Below are positions 27,877 through 42,600 of a DNA stretch of 64,000 nucleotides, one piece after another. The notes below the pieces were generated by a model. The model did no database searches, had not been told where the DNA came from, and saw only the letters and a list, made by a program, of their open reading frames with translations. How positions within the stretch are numbered: position 1 is the stretch's first letter; the number at the start of each line of letters is the position of its first letter. The stretch is from the human T2T-CHM13v2.0 reference genome, Homo sapiens. The translations under genes and the position numbers were made by a program. The DNA lies in assembly GCF_009914755.1 (NCBI RefSeq), contig NC_060926.1. One strand, written 5' to 3'.

Positions 27877-28245
27877 GTATCAGTCCATTGTCATAGTGCT
27901 ATAAAGAAATACCGAAGACTAGGTAATTTATAAAGAAAAGTAGTTTAATTGACTCATAGTTTCACATGGCTGGGGAGGCCTCAGGAAACTTACAACCACA
28001 GTGGAAGGCTTAGGGGAAGCAAGACATGTTTTACATGGCAGCAGGAGACAAGGCAGCGTCGGAGGATGAGGAGTGCCACACTTTTAAACCATCAGATCTG
28101 GTGAGAACTCACTCACTTTCACAAGAACAGCACAGGGGAAATCCACCCCCATGATCCAATAACCTCCCACCAGATCCCTCCCCTGACATGTGGGGATTAG
28201 AATTTGACATGAGATTTGGGTGGGGACACAGAGCCAAACCAAATC
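27877..28245 (-). mobile_element. MSTA/THE1D-like solo LTR nested in the MST internal region
   Basis: 'tgtatcagtcc...ggctggggaggcctcaggaaacttacaa...gatttgggtggggacacagagccaaaccaaatca'; TSD-like gtggg/ctggg. Confidence 0.88.
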
Positions 28246-29328
28246 ACTGGGGATTTTCCAAATCCTTACATTCTGCTTCCCTTTTAATTATAAATTCCAT
28301 CTTTAAATTATTTTTCTCTGTTCTACATTTTAATATATGCAGTGAAGAGAAGCCACTCAGCACTCTAAATGAGTTTCTGCTTAAAGATTTCTTCCACCAG
28401 ATATCCTAGTTCATCACTCTTAAAATCTGCGTTCGATCAGGCCCCCAGGCATGGACGCAATTCAGCTACGTTTCTTGTCACTTTACAACAAGGATGGTCT
28501 TTCCCTCAGTTTCCAAAAAGATATTCATCATTCCATTTGAGACCTCATCAGAATGGTCTTTACTGTTTATATTTCCACCAATGTTCTGATAACAATCACT
28601 TAAGTAATTTCTAAGAAGTTTCAGATTTTTGCTACAGTTCTCCTCTTCTGAGCTCTCACCGGAATTGCTCAGAATGTCGTGCTCATGGCAATGCAGGCTT
28701 TCTTTAGCACTCTCTTCAAAACTGTCCTAGCCTCTACTCATTATCTTGTTCCAAAGCCACTTCTACATTTTTAGGTATTTGTTATAGCAACACTTCCACT
28801 CCCAGTACCAATTTCCGTCTTAGTTCATTTTGTTCTGCAATAACAGAATGCAGCAGACTGGGTAACTTATAATGAAAAAAACATTTATTGGCTTACAGTT
28901 CTGGAAGCTGAGAAGTCCAATTCAAGTGCTGAAATCTGATGGGGCCTTCTTGCTGCATCTTTGCATAGTGGAAGGTGACAGGGAATCTTCACTTCCAATA
29001 GAACAAAACTATTTCTGGGAACACTTTTAATAATGGCATTAATGCATTCATGAGGGCTCCATCCTCATAACTGAATTACCTTCTAGAGATCCCACTTGTC
29101 AAGACTATCACTTTGGGAATTAGATTACAACCTAAGAATTCCAGAGGGGACGCAAATATTCAAGGCATAGGAACTAAAACTATATAATTCCACTTATGTG
29201 GGATTCTAGAAAAGGTAAAACTGTAGTGACAGAAAGCAGATCAGTGATGGCCTGAACCTGGCAGTCAGGGGAGAAAATAGACTAAAAAGGTCTTAAAGAA
29301 ACTCTTCAATGAAACCACTTTGTATTTT

Positions 29329-29790
<462 letters not shown>

Positions 29791-30029
29791 CTGCAAAGCA
29801 ACTTTTAAAATTCATGAAAATATACACGTAATATAGATAAGTTTTATGTGTAGCTTATACCTCAATACATTTGCAAATGAACTAATCTCAAGAATTAAAT
29901 GAAATTATATAAAAGCATATTTTAATAAAGAACTTTATGATATCTTTAATAATTTTTTATTGTCAGACTTTAGAATGTTTTTTAAATTAAATTTTATTCA
30001 AAATTAATTTTAGTTTTTAAATTATATAT

Positions 30030-33000
30030 TTTTTAATTTTTATTTTTGTGGGTACCTACTAGGTGTATACATTTATGGGGTGAACTAACCAAAATATTTT
30101 CTTCAGGCATGTAATTTTTGATACAGGCATGCAATGCAAAATAACCACATCAGGGAAAAATGGGTTATCCATCCCCTCAAGTATTTATCCTTTGAGTTAC
30201 AAAAATCAAATTATACTCTTTTAGTTATTTTTAAATGTACAATTAAATTGTTTTGTCTATAGTCACACTGTTGTGCTATCCAGTAGTAGGTCTTATTCAT
30301 TCTTTCCAACTTTTTTTGGTACCATTAACCATCCCCACCTCCCCACTACTACCCTACCCAGCCTTTGGTAAGCATTCTTTTACTCTCCATCTCCATGAGT
30401 TCAATTGTTTTAATTTTTAGCTCCAACAAATAAGTGAGAACACTTGATGCTTGTTGTTTTGTCTGTCTTATTTCACTTAACATAATGACCTTCAGCTGCA
30501 TTCATGTTGTTGTGAATGACTGGATCTCATGCTTATTTATGACTGAATAGTACTCCATTGTGTATAAGTATCACATTTTCTTCATCCATTTATTTGTTGA
30601 TAAACACTAAGGCTACTTCCAAATATTGACTATTGTGAACAGCGCTGCAATAAACATGGGAGTGCAGATATCTCTTCAATATACTGATTTCCTTTCTTTT
30701 GGGTGTATACTCAGTAGTGAGAGTGCTGGATCATATGGTAGTTCTATGTTTAGTTTTTGAAGAAACTTCAAACTGTTCTCCACACTGGTTGTACTAATTC
30801 ACATTCCCACCAAGAGTGTATGAGAGTTCCCTTTTGTCCACATTCTTGTCAGCATTTGTTATTGCCTGTCTTTTGGATAAAAGCCATTTTAACTAGGTGA
30901 GATGATATATCATTGTAGTTTTGATTTGCATTTCTCTGATGATCAGTGGTGTTGAGCATCCAGTTGCTTGCCAGTTTGCCATTTGTATGTCTTCTATTGA
31001 GAAATGTCTATTCAAGTATTTTGCCTATTTTTGATCAGATTATTTAATATTTTCCTATAGAAGTGTTAGAGCTCCTTATATATTCTGGTTACTAATTTCT
31101 TGTCAGATGGATAGTTTGCAAATATTTTCTTCAATTCTGTGGGCGATCTCATCACTTTGTTGATCATTTCCTTTGCTGTGCAGCAGCTTTTTAACTTGAT
31201 GTGATCCCACGCATCCATTTTTGCTTTGGTTGCCTGTGCTTGTGTGATAATACCGAAGAAATCTTTGCCTACTCCAATGTCCTGGAAAGTTTTCCCAATG
31301 TTTTCGTATGGTTGTTTCATAGTTTGAGGTCTTACATTTTAGTCTCTAGTCCATTTTGGTTTGATTTCTTTCTTTGTATATGGCAAGAGATAGCAGTCTA
31401 GTTTCATTCTTCTGCACATGGATATTCAGTTTTCTCAGCGCCATTTATTGAAGAGATTGTCCTTTCCCAGTGTATGTTCTTTGCACATTTGCCAAAAAGA
31501 AGTTCAGTGTAGATGTTTGGATTTATTTCTGGGTTCTCTATTCTGTTCTACTGGTCTGTGTGTCTATTTTTTATGCCTGTACCATGCTGTTTTTGTTCCT
31601 ACAGCTCTGTAGTATTATTTGAAGTCAGGTAATGTGAATCCTCCAATTTTTTTTTCTTTTTGCTCATGATAGCTTTGAATATTCAGAATATTGTGGTTCC
31701 ACATAAATTTTAGAATTGTTATTTCTATTTCTGTGAAGAATGTCACTAGTGTTTTGGTAGCAATTGCAATGAATCTGTAGATTGCTTTGAGTAGTATGGA
31801 AATTTTAACAGTATTGCTTCTTCCAATCCATAAACATGGATTTTTAAAAATATATTTTTGTGTCCAATCTATTTTATCAGTGTTTTATAGTTTTCATTGT
31901 AGAGATCTTTCACTGCTTTGGTTAAGTTCATTCCTAGGTGTTTTATTTTATTTGTGGCTATTGTGAATGGAATTACACTTTTATTTCTTTTTCAGATTGT
32001 TCACTATTGACATATATAAATGCTATCAATTTTTGTATGTTGATTTTGTATCCTGCAACTTTACTGAATTTGTTTATCAGTTCTAATAGTTATTTGATGA
32101 ATTCTTTAGGTTTTTCCAAATATAAGAGCATATCATCTGGAAACAAAGATAGTCTGACTTTCCAATTTGAATGCCTTTTATTTCTTTCTCTTGACTGATT
32201 GCTCTAGCTAGGACTTCCAGTACTATGTTGGATAACAGTGGTGAAAGTTGGCAATCTTGTTGTGTTTCAGATCTTAGAGAAAAGTCCTTTACTTTTTCCC
32301 CCATTCAGTATGATACTAGCCGTGTATCTGTTGTATATGGCTTTTATTATGTTGAGGTATGTTTCTTTATACCCAGATTTTTTATGGTTTTTTTTAATCA
32401 TGAAAGGCTATTGAATGTTATCAAAATGCTTTTTCAGCATCAATTGAAATGAACATATAGCTTTTCTCCTCCATTCTGTTTGCATGATGTATCACACTGA
32501 TTTATTTGCATATGTTTAACTATCCTTGCATCTCTGGCATAAATCCCACTTGGTCATCATGAATAATCTCTTTAATGTATTGATAAATTCAGTTTGCTAT
32601 TATCTTGTTGAGGATTTTTGCATCAATATTCATCAGTTCTATTTGCCTATAGATTTCTTTTTTTGATGTGTCTTTGTCTTGTTTTGGTATCAGAGTAATA
32701 CTGACCTTGTCAAATTAGTTTGGAAGTATTCTCTCCTCCTCTATTTTTTATAATAGTTTGAGTAGTATTGATACAAGTTCTTCTTTAAAGGTTTGGTAGA
32801 ATTCAGCAGTTAAGCCATTGGGTCCCAGGCTTTTCTTTGCTCAGAGACTTTTTATTATGGCTTTTATCTCATTACTTGTTACTGTCTGTTCAAGTTCTGG
32901 ATTTCTTCATGGTTCAATCTCGGTAGGTTGTATGTGTCTAGGAATTTGTCCATTTCCTGTAGATTTTTCAGTTTATTGTTGTTTATAATAACCACTAATG

Positions 33001-36000
33001 ATCCCTTCAATTTCTGCAGTGTTAGTTGTAATGTCTCCTGTCACATTTCTATTTTTTTTTATTTTGGTCTTCTCCCCTTTTATTCTTCATGAGTCTGGCT
33101 GAAGGTTTGTCAGCTTTGTATACCGTTTCCAAAAACCAACTTTTTAATTGATCTTTTGTATTTTTTATTTTAAATTCATTTTTTTCTGCTCTGATATTAT
33201 TTCTTTTCTTCTAATAATTTTAGGTTCAGTTTCCTCTTGTATTTCTAGTTCTTTAAGATGCTTTGTTAGTTTTTCTTGGTAGTTTTTCTTCTTTTTTGAT
33301 GTAGACACTGATAGCTATATATTTCCTTTTTAGTACTACTTCTGCTGTATCCCTTAGGTTTAGGTATGTGGTGTTTCCATTATTATTTGCTTGAAGATTT
33401 TTTAATTTTCTTCCTAATTTTTTCATTGACCCACTGGTCATTCAGGAGCATATTCCACTTCCATGGAATTTCCATGTGTTGGTAGAGTTTCCAAAATTTC
33501 TCTTGTTGTTAATTTCTACTTTTATTCCATTGTGGTCAGAGAAGATGCTAGATATTATTTCAATTTTTGGAATGTTTTAAGACTTGTTTGGTGATCTATT
33601 CTTGAGAATGATACATGTGCTGAAGAGGAGAATGCTTATTCTGCAGCCTCGAGTAAACTTTTTTGTAAATATCTATTAGATCAATTTGTTCTACAGTGCA
33701 GATCAAATCAATGTTTCTTTGTTGATTTTCTGTCTGGGTGATCTGTCTAATGCTGAAAGTGGGTTGTTGATGTCTCCAGCTATTATTGCATTGAGGTTTA
33801 TCTCTCTTTTTAGCCCTAATAATATTTACTTTATATATCTGGGTGCTCCAGTGTTAAGTGAATATATATTTACTATCATTATATACTTATCCTTGATCAG
33901 TCTATTTATCATTATATAATGACCTTCTTTGTTTCTTCTTACAGTTTCTGTCTTGAAACCTATTTTCTCTGATTTAAGTATAGCTACTCCTGCTTTTTTT
34001 TTTTGGTTAGCATTGGCATGGAATATCTTTTTCAATCCTTTTATTTTTAGTTTATGTGTATTCTTTATAGGTAAAGTATGTTTCTTTTATGCGACAGATC
34101 ATTGGGTCCTGTTTTATCATCCATTTAGTCACTCTGTCTTTTTTATTGGAGAGTTTAGTCCATTGACTTTCTTTCTTTACTTTTTTTTTTTTTTTTAATG
34201 AGACAGGGTTTCATTCTGTCACCCAGGCTAAAGTGCAATGGCATAATCTTGGCTGACTGCAAACTCCACTAGGCTCAAGTGATCCTCCTACTTCAGCCTC
34301 CCCAATGGCTGGAACCATAGGCATGCAACACCATGCCCAGCTATTTTTTTTTTTTTTTTTTGTATTTTTAGTAGAGATAGGGCCTCACCATATTGCCCAG
34401 GCTGCAGTCCATTTACTTTCAGTGTTATCATTGACAAGTAGGAATTTACTCCTGCCATTTTGTTATTTATTTTCTAGCTTTTTGTGGTCGTCTCTTTTCT
34501 TTCTCTCTGTTCCCCTTTTAGTGGAGGCGATTTTCTCTGATCATATGATTTAATTTATTGCTTTTTATTTTTTGTGTATCCATCATATGCTTTTGGAATA
34601 TCCATTGTATTTTTTTTTTGATTTGAGGTTACTGTGAAGCTTGCAAATACTGTCTTATAGCCCATTACTTTAAGCTGATTGTAATTTAACACTGATTGTA
34701 TAAACAGTTAAATTAGTTAAAACTCTACACCTTTAATTTTTGTCCCCCTGCTTTTTAACTTTTTGTTGTTTTTATTTATTTCTTATTGTGCAGTCCATCT
34801 TGAAAAGTTGTTCTAGTTATTATTTGTGATAGATTCATCATTTGGTCTTTCTAATTAAGATAAAAATAGTTTATACACCATAATTATAGTGTTATGATAG
34901 TCTTTGTTTTTCTGTGTGCTTATTATTACCAGTGAGTTTTATACATTCAGTTGATTTATTCTTGCTAATTAACGTCCTTTTCTTTCAGAAGAAGAATTCC
35001 GTTTAGCATTTCTTGTAGGACAGGTCTGGTGTTGATGAAATCCCTCAGCTTTCATTTGTCTCGGAAGGTCTTTACTTCTCCTTAATGCTTGAAGAATATT
35101 TTCATGGGATATACTATTCTAGGGTAAAAGCATTTTTCCTTTAGCACCTTAAATATGTCATGCCATGTCATGCCACTCTCTCCTGGCCTGTAAAGTTTCC
35201 AGTGAAGAGTCTGCTGCCAGATGTATTGGAGCTCCATTGTTATGTTATTTTTTTCTTTTTTTTCTCTTGCTGCTTTTACAATGCTTTCTTTATTCTTGAC
35301 CTTTGGGAGTTTGATTATTATATGCCTTGAGTTAGACTTATTTGGGTTAAATCTTCTTGGTGTTCTATAACCTTCATGTACTTGAATGTTGGTACCTTTC
35401 TCTAAGTTTGGTAAATTCTCTGTTATTCTTTTTACTAAACTTTCTGCCCTGTCTCTTTCTTTACTTCCTCTTTAAGGCCAATAACTTTTAGATTTGCTTG
35501 TATAAGTCTATTTTCTTGATTTTGTAGTTGTGCTTCATTTTTAAATTATTTTTTTCTTTTGTCTTCTCCGACTGCATATTTTCCAACAGCCTGTCTTCAA
35601 GCTCACTAATTCTTTCTGCTGCTTGATCAATTCTGCTATTAAGAGACTCTGATGCATTCTTCAATATGTTGATTGCATTTTTCAACTCTAGAATTTTTGC
35701 TTGAGCCTTTTTAATTATTTCAATGTTCTTGTGAAATTTATCTGATAGAATTCCAAATTTCTTCTCTGTGTTATCTTGAATTTCTTTGAGTCTCCTCGAC
35801 ACAGCTGTTTTGAATTATCTGTCTGAGAGGTCACTTATATAAATTTCTTCAGGATTGATGCCTGCTGTCTTATTTAGTTCTTTTGTTAAGATCATGTTTT
35901 TCTGGAGGATCTTGATGCTTGGAAATGTTCATCATTGTCTGGGTATTGAATAATTAGGTATTTATTGCAGTCTTCACAGCCCGGGTTTGTTTGTGCCAAT

Positions 36001-37898
36001 CCCTCTTGAGAAGGCTCTCCAGGTATTTGAAGGGACTTAGGTCTCAAGCCCAGTAATACTGTGGTTTTTGCAGACTCATAGAAGTAACACCTTGGTGGTC
36101 TTGTATAAGATCCAGAAAAATTCTCTGAATTAACAGGAAGAGACACTTGTTCTTTCCCCTTACTTTCTCCCAAACAAATAGAGTCTCTCTGTCATGAGTC
36201 CCCTGTAACTAGGGATGTGATGATGCAAGCACCCATATGGCCACCACCACTGGGACTGTGCTAGGTCAGACCTGAAGCCAGCACAGCACTGGGTCTCACC
36301 CAAGACCCACTGTGACCATGGCCTGGGTACCACCTATGTTAACTCAAGGCTCTAGGGATCTCTCATTAGTAGGTGGTGAAGCCAGCCAGGTTTGTTTCCT
36401 TCCTTTCATGGCAGCAAGTTCCCCTATGCCTTTGGCAGGTCCAGAGATGGTATCTGGGACCAGGGATTGGAGTCAAAAATTTAGAAGTTTGCCTGATATT
36501 CTATTCTACCATGGCTAAGCTGACACTCAAAAGATAATACAAAGTCCTTCCCACTATTCCCTCCCCTTTCTAGAGTCAGGGGAATCTTTTCCTGTGGCCA
36601 CCACCACCACTGGCCCATAGGTGTTCTGTCAGACCACTGCTGATGTTTACTTAAATCTCAAGGGCTCTTCAGTTAGCTTGTGGTGAATGCTACAAGGTGT
36701 GGGATTCACCCTTCAGGGCATTGGACTTCCCTCTGACCCAGGGCAGATCTAGAAATGCTGTCTAAAAGCCTAGGCCCGGACTCAGGGACCCCAAAACACT
36801 GCTTGTTGCTCTACCCCACTGTGGCCAAGGTGGCACCTGAGTTACAAGACAAAGTCCCCTTTACTTTTCCCTCTGCTTTTCTCAAACATAAGGAGTCATT
36901 CACTGTAGCCACCACAGCTCAGAATGTTCTTAGTTATACCTGAAGTCAGCACATCTCAGAGCCCTAGGTCCAGGGAGTATTATCTACATATCACAGCTGT
37001 TATTCAAGGGCTCTTGGGTTGGCAGGTGATGAATCTTGCCAGAACTGGGTCCTTCCTTTCAAGGGATTGTGTTTCGTTTTGGTCCAGGGTGTGTCTAGAA
37101 ATGTCATCCATGAGCCAGGCATGGAATGGGAGCCTCATGACTCTGCCCAGTACCCTATCCTACTGTAGCTGAGCTGCTATCCAAGATGTAAGACAAAGTC
37201 CTCTTTACTCTTCCCTTTCCTCTCCTTAAGTAGAAAGAAGGAGTCATTTTCATTGTTGCAAGTTGCACTGCCTCGGGTTGGGGGAAGGATGGCACAAGCA
37301 CTCCCTTAGGTGCCCTGGTCGGTGACTTACTAGTGATGTGCCACACTAGTTCTCCAGCTCTGAGCCCAGCCCAACACTTGTAATTGTCTAGGAATTGCAG
37401 TTCGTGTGTCGTAGACTGTCTTTCAAATTTATATAGGATTTAAGAGCACTTTGGCTCACAGTGGCATGGTTTGTTGAGAAACTCAAATTCTGACCACTGA
37501 GATGGGCAACTCCCCTCTGGTTACATCTAGTTCAAATGCTTCCTCTGTGCATAGGTGCTGACTGAGCCTAGCATTGCTTTGTTCTCTGCTATGATAGGAC
37601 AGTACTGAGTTCATTGTAAAGTCCCCTAGTCACGGCACTCTCCCTCCCCAAAGTGTACAGACTATCCAAGCTGCATGGGGAGAGGGAAGGGGTGGTGTTA
37701 GTGATTCAAGGATATCTCTCTGACCTTCTTCAATGTCTATTTTAGCAATACGAAGTTAAAACCAGGCACTATGATAGCTCACCTGATTTTTGTTTCTTGT
37801 GATGGTGCTTTTCTATGTGCAGATAGTTGTTAAAATTTTGTGTTCCTCTGGGGGAAACAAGTGGTGCAGGCTTCTAGTTTGCAATCTTACTCTACTTC
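30030..37898 (-). mobile_element. Full-length old L1 (L1MA2/3-like) with a long 5' UTR
   Basis: 3' end 'tttttgtgggtac...ccatcccctcaagtatttatcc'; ORF2 remnants (31066-31320, 32083-32304, 33826-34035); ORF1 coiled-coil remnant 35488-35802 (LKNASESLNSRIDQAAERISELEDR); 5' start near 37898 (antisense of 'gagtaagattgcaaactagaagcc'). Confidence 0.9.
34172..34405 (-). mobile_element. AluJ-like, 5'-truncated
   Basis: 'gagacagggt', 'ggctcaagtgatcctcc'; TSD agtccatt(g/t)actttc at 34157-34171 and 34406-34420. Confidence 0.9.
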
Positions 37899-39655
37899 TG
37901 AAAACTTATAATAAAAGGCATTTATAAAAACATTCAATAATTACTTATTGAAAATAATAATTTGCTAATCTTGACATTCCTTTTGCTCTGTAATCTTACT
38001 TTGGCTTAATTTGGTCTTTTAGTAGAATGTATATATCAATAAAAGTTTTACTGTCTTAGATACTGTGAAGCAGTCCCACAGTAAACATCATCTTTATTTA
38101 ACTTTTTGAGATATTGCCAGCTACTCTCATGTTTACTCCTTTAGTAATGGCCAGGGCCATAAAAACTCAATGGTAGAGTGCTGTTTCATACTACCTTAAA
38201 ACAGCAGTATGGACAGCACTTTTGCCTCTTTCCTGCCACCCACAAAGTGTTACTGCCACATCATGAAAGGATCTGTCCTGTTTTTGGTTTTAATTGTAAC
38301 TATAATCCCCTCCTTGGTGGTTCAATTGCATTATTTGAAATGTGGCAGAGCTGTGAGTTTGCATTGCAGCCACTTTACTGTGTGACACATTAAAAGGTGT
38401 AATCCAACTGAAATGTAAATGACTGTTCTTAAAACAAATTACAAATGTAGATAACAGTGCTGTAGAATAGCTCTAAGTATCAGAGAGACCATCCCAGACC
38501 TATTTCTTTCAGGTCCAAATTGCAGCCACACTGTTATCAAGGGTAATAGGGGGCTTCTAAGGCATGCTGTTGACAAGGGGATGGAAAACAGTGCTGTTAA
38601 TCTCAGTTCCTGAATAGAAGAACAGACACATCACAGGAGGGAAGAGTAGCTTCTTAATATGCTCTAGCTATAACTCCCATAGATGCACCACACAAGATGT
38701 CTTATTAAAAATACTTTTCAAAATCCCTTCAAAATCAAAACCAGCAATCCTAATTTCTAGTCCATTGAGGAAAAGGAAAAAAATAATGATTTATTTTTGT
38801 TTATGACCATGATAAGCACTCACTATTATTGCCATTGTTGTTGCTACTATTATAAGTGAAGTTTGAGGTTTTAAGGAGTTGATGAGGAAAGAGGGATTAA
38901 TCAACTGTTTATTTCCTTGACTTCTCTTTTCTCTTGGTAGAGGGTGATAAGAACCGATGCCTAGGATCATAGATTGATTCCTGTGGTGAAAGGATGTCTA
39001 GAAAGGTTTCCATATCTTGGGCTGCCATGGTTGGTTAACTGAATGAGTAGACCTAGCTTGTGAAATTCTAAACTCCGAATGCCAGGCCTGAGCTTACCAC
39101 AAATGTATAGGCTTATGCATGTACAGATAAGAGCCTTCTGGTTTATTGGTTTGGATGTATTTTTAGTGGAATTACTTATATAACATTTATGTCTTTAGAG
39201 AGCACATTAATAATTTATTTCTCCTATATTTAAATAAACCTCAGACAGAGATAATTATTTTGTTTTCAGTTGCTGGATCAACTACCTTAAAAATACACAG
39301 ATTAATTATCTTGCCTTTGTTTATTATGAACTTTAAATGGGTTGCTCCATTACATTTTAGGAAAAATCTGAATTTATTATTTTAGCATTAGAAGTTCTCA
39401 ATGTTAAGGCTTCATCATTATAATTCTCAGCATCATCTTCTACTTGTCCTACAAAAGCTCGCTGTAAATTACACTAGTCTTCCGGAAATACCCTTTTCCC
39501 ATTTCTCTCCATCTATTCTTCCTATGACATTCTTTATCAAATTATCTATCTTAGTTTCATTGATTGATCTTTCCATCATATCCATTCATTCATTAGACTA
39601 TCATTTATTAAATAGTATACACTTCCTGTTGTGGATAAAAATTGACATAAATAAA

Positions 39656-42600
39656 TTCGGCTATTGATACTTGTGTATGCTTCATGAAGTTCTAGTGCTG
39701 TGTTTTTCAGCTCCATCAGGTCATATATGTTCTTCTCTAAACTGGTTATTCTAGTTAGCAATTTGTCTAACCTTTTTTCAAGGGTCTTAGCTTCCTTGCT
39801 TTGGGTTAGAACATGCTCCTTTAGCTCAGAGAAGTTTGTTATTACCCACCTTCTGAAGCCCATTTCTGTCAATTTGTCAAAATCATTCTCCGTCTGGTTT
39901 TGTTCCCTTGCTGGAGAGGAGTTGTGATTCTTTGAAGAAGAGGCGTTCTGGTTTTTGGAATTTTCAGCCTTTTTGCGCTGGCTTCTCCTCATCTTCATGG
40001 ATTTAGCTACCTTCGGTCTTTGAAGTCAGTGAACTTCGGCTGGAGTCTCTGAGTGGACGTCCTTTTTGTTGATGTTGATACTATTCCTTTCTGTTTGTTA
40101 GTTTTCCTTCTAACAGGCCCCTCTGCTGCAGCTCTGCTGGAGTTTGCTGGAGGTCCACTCCAGACCCTGCTTGCCCGGTTATCACCGGTGGAGGCTGCAG
40201 AACAGCAAAGATTGCTGCCTGTTCCTTCCTCTGGAAGCTTCATCCCAGATGGACACCCACCAGATGCCAGCCAGAGCTCTCCTATATGAGGTGTCTGTTG
40301 GTTCCATTCTCCCCGTCACTTTCAGGTACACCAATCAAGCGTAGATTTGGTCTTTTCACATAGTCCCATATTTCTTGGAGGCTTTGTTTGTTTTTTTCAC
40401 TCTTTTTTCTCTAATCCTGTCTTCTTGCTTTGTTTCATTGAGTTGATCTTCAATCTCTGATATCCTTTCTTCTGCTTGATCAAAGTCTACCATAGGTACA
40501 AAGAGGAGCTGGTACCATTCCTTCTGAAACTATTCCAAACAATAGAAAAAGAAAGAATCCACCCTAACTCATTTTATGAGGCTGGCATCGTGCTAATACC
40601 AAAACCTGGCAAAGACACAGCAAAAAAACAAAAAAAGAAAATTTCAGGCCAATATCCCTGATGAACATTGATGCAAAAATCCTCAGTAAAATACTGGCAA
40701 ACCGAATCCAGCAACACATCAAAAGGCTTGTCCACCATGATCAAGTTGGCTTCATCCCAGGGATGCAAGCCTGGTTCAACATATGCAAATCAATAAACAC
40801 AATCCATCACATAAACAGAACCAATGACAAAAACCACATGATTATCTCAATAGATGGAGAAAAGGCCTTCAACAATATTCAACAGCCTTCATACTGAAAA
40901 TTCTCACTAAACTAGGTATTGATGGAATGTATCTCAAAATAATAAGAGCTATTTATGACAAACCGCAGACAATATCATACTGAATGACCAAAAACTGGAA
41001 GCATTCCTTTTGAAAACTGGCGCAAGACAAGGATGTCCTCTCTTACCACTCCTGTTCAACATAGTATTGGAAGTTCTGGCCAGGACAATCAGGCAAGAGA
41101 AGGAAATAAAGGGTATTCAATTAGGAAAAGAGAAAGTCAAATTGTGTCTGTTTGCAGATGAAATGATTGTATATTTAGAAAACCCCATCATCTCAGCCCC
41201 AAATCTCCTTTAACTGATAAGCAACTTCAGCAATGTCTCAGGATACAAAATCAATGTGCAAAAATCAAAAGCATTCCTATACACCACTAACAGAAAAACG
41301 GAGAGCCAAATCATGATGAACTCCCATTCACAACTGCTACAAAGAGAATAAAATACCTAAAAATACAACTTACAAGGGATGTGAAGGACCTCTTCAAGGA
41401 GAACTACAAACCACTGCTCAAGGAAATAAGAGAGGACACAAACAAATGGAAAAACATTCCATGCTCATGGATAGGAAGAATCAATATCGTGAAAATGGCC
41501 ATACGTCCCAAAGTAATTTATAGATTCAATGCTACCCCCATCAAGCTACCATTAACTTTCTTCAAAGAATTGGAAAAAAAACTACTTTAAATTTTATATG
41601 GAACAAAAAAGAGCCCACATAGCCCAGACAATCCTAAGCAAACAAAACAAAACAAAACAAACAAACAAAATACAACAAAAAAACAAACCTGCAGGCATCA
41701 CGCTACCTGACTTCAAACTATACTACAAGGCCACAGTAACAAAAACAGCATGGTACTGGTACCAAAACAGATTTATAGACCAATGGAACAGAACAGAGGC
41801 CTCAGAAATAATGCCACCCATCTACAGCCATCTGATCTTTGACAAACCTGACAAAAACAAGCAATGGGGAAAGGATTCCCTATTTAATAAATGATGTTGG
41901 GAAAACTGGCTAGTCATATGCAGAAAACTGAAACTGGATCCCTTCCTTACACCTTATACAAAAGTTAACTCAAGATGGATTAAAGACTTAAACGTAAGAC
42001 CTAAAACCATAAAAACCCTAGAAGAAAACCAAGGCAATACCATTCAGGACATAGGCATGGGCAAAGACTTCATGACAAAAACACCAAAAACAATGGCAAC
42101 AAAAGCCAAAATAGACAAATGGGATCTAATTAAACTAAAGAGCTTCTGCACAGCAAAAGAAACTATCACCAGAGTGAGCAGGCAACTGACAGAAAGGGAG
42201 AAAATTTTTGCAATCTATCCATCTGACAAAGGGCTAATATCCAGAATCTACAAGAAACTTAAACAAATTTACAAGTAAAAGCAAACAACCCCATCAAAAA
42301 GTGGGTGAAGGATATGAACAGGCATTTCTCAAAAGAAGACATTTTTGCAGCCAACAAACATATGAAAAAGAACTCATCATCACTGGTCATTAGAGAAATG
42401 CAAATCAAAACCACAATGAGATACCATCTCATGCCAGTTAGAATGGCGATCATTAAAAAGTCTGGAAACAACAGATGCTGGAGAGGATGTGGAGAAATAG
42501 GAATGCTTTCACACTGTTGGTGGGAGTTTAAATTAGTTCAACCATTGTGGAAGACAGTGTGACAATTCCTCAAGGAGCTAGAACCAGAAATACCATTTAA

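Larger units (their letters stand above)
24785..29172 (-). mobile_element. Two-LTR MST-type MaLR (MSTC/MSTD-like): LTR 24785-25132, internal region, LTR 28817-29172
   Basis: Both ends are antisense MST LTRs ('agactgggtaatttataatgaacagaaattta' and 'agactgggtaacttataatgaaaaaaacattta'); MaLR internal sequence lies between; 5-bp TSD-like actat (24780-24784) and actaa (29173-29177). Confidence 0.8.
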
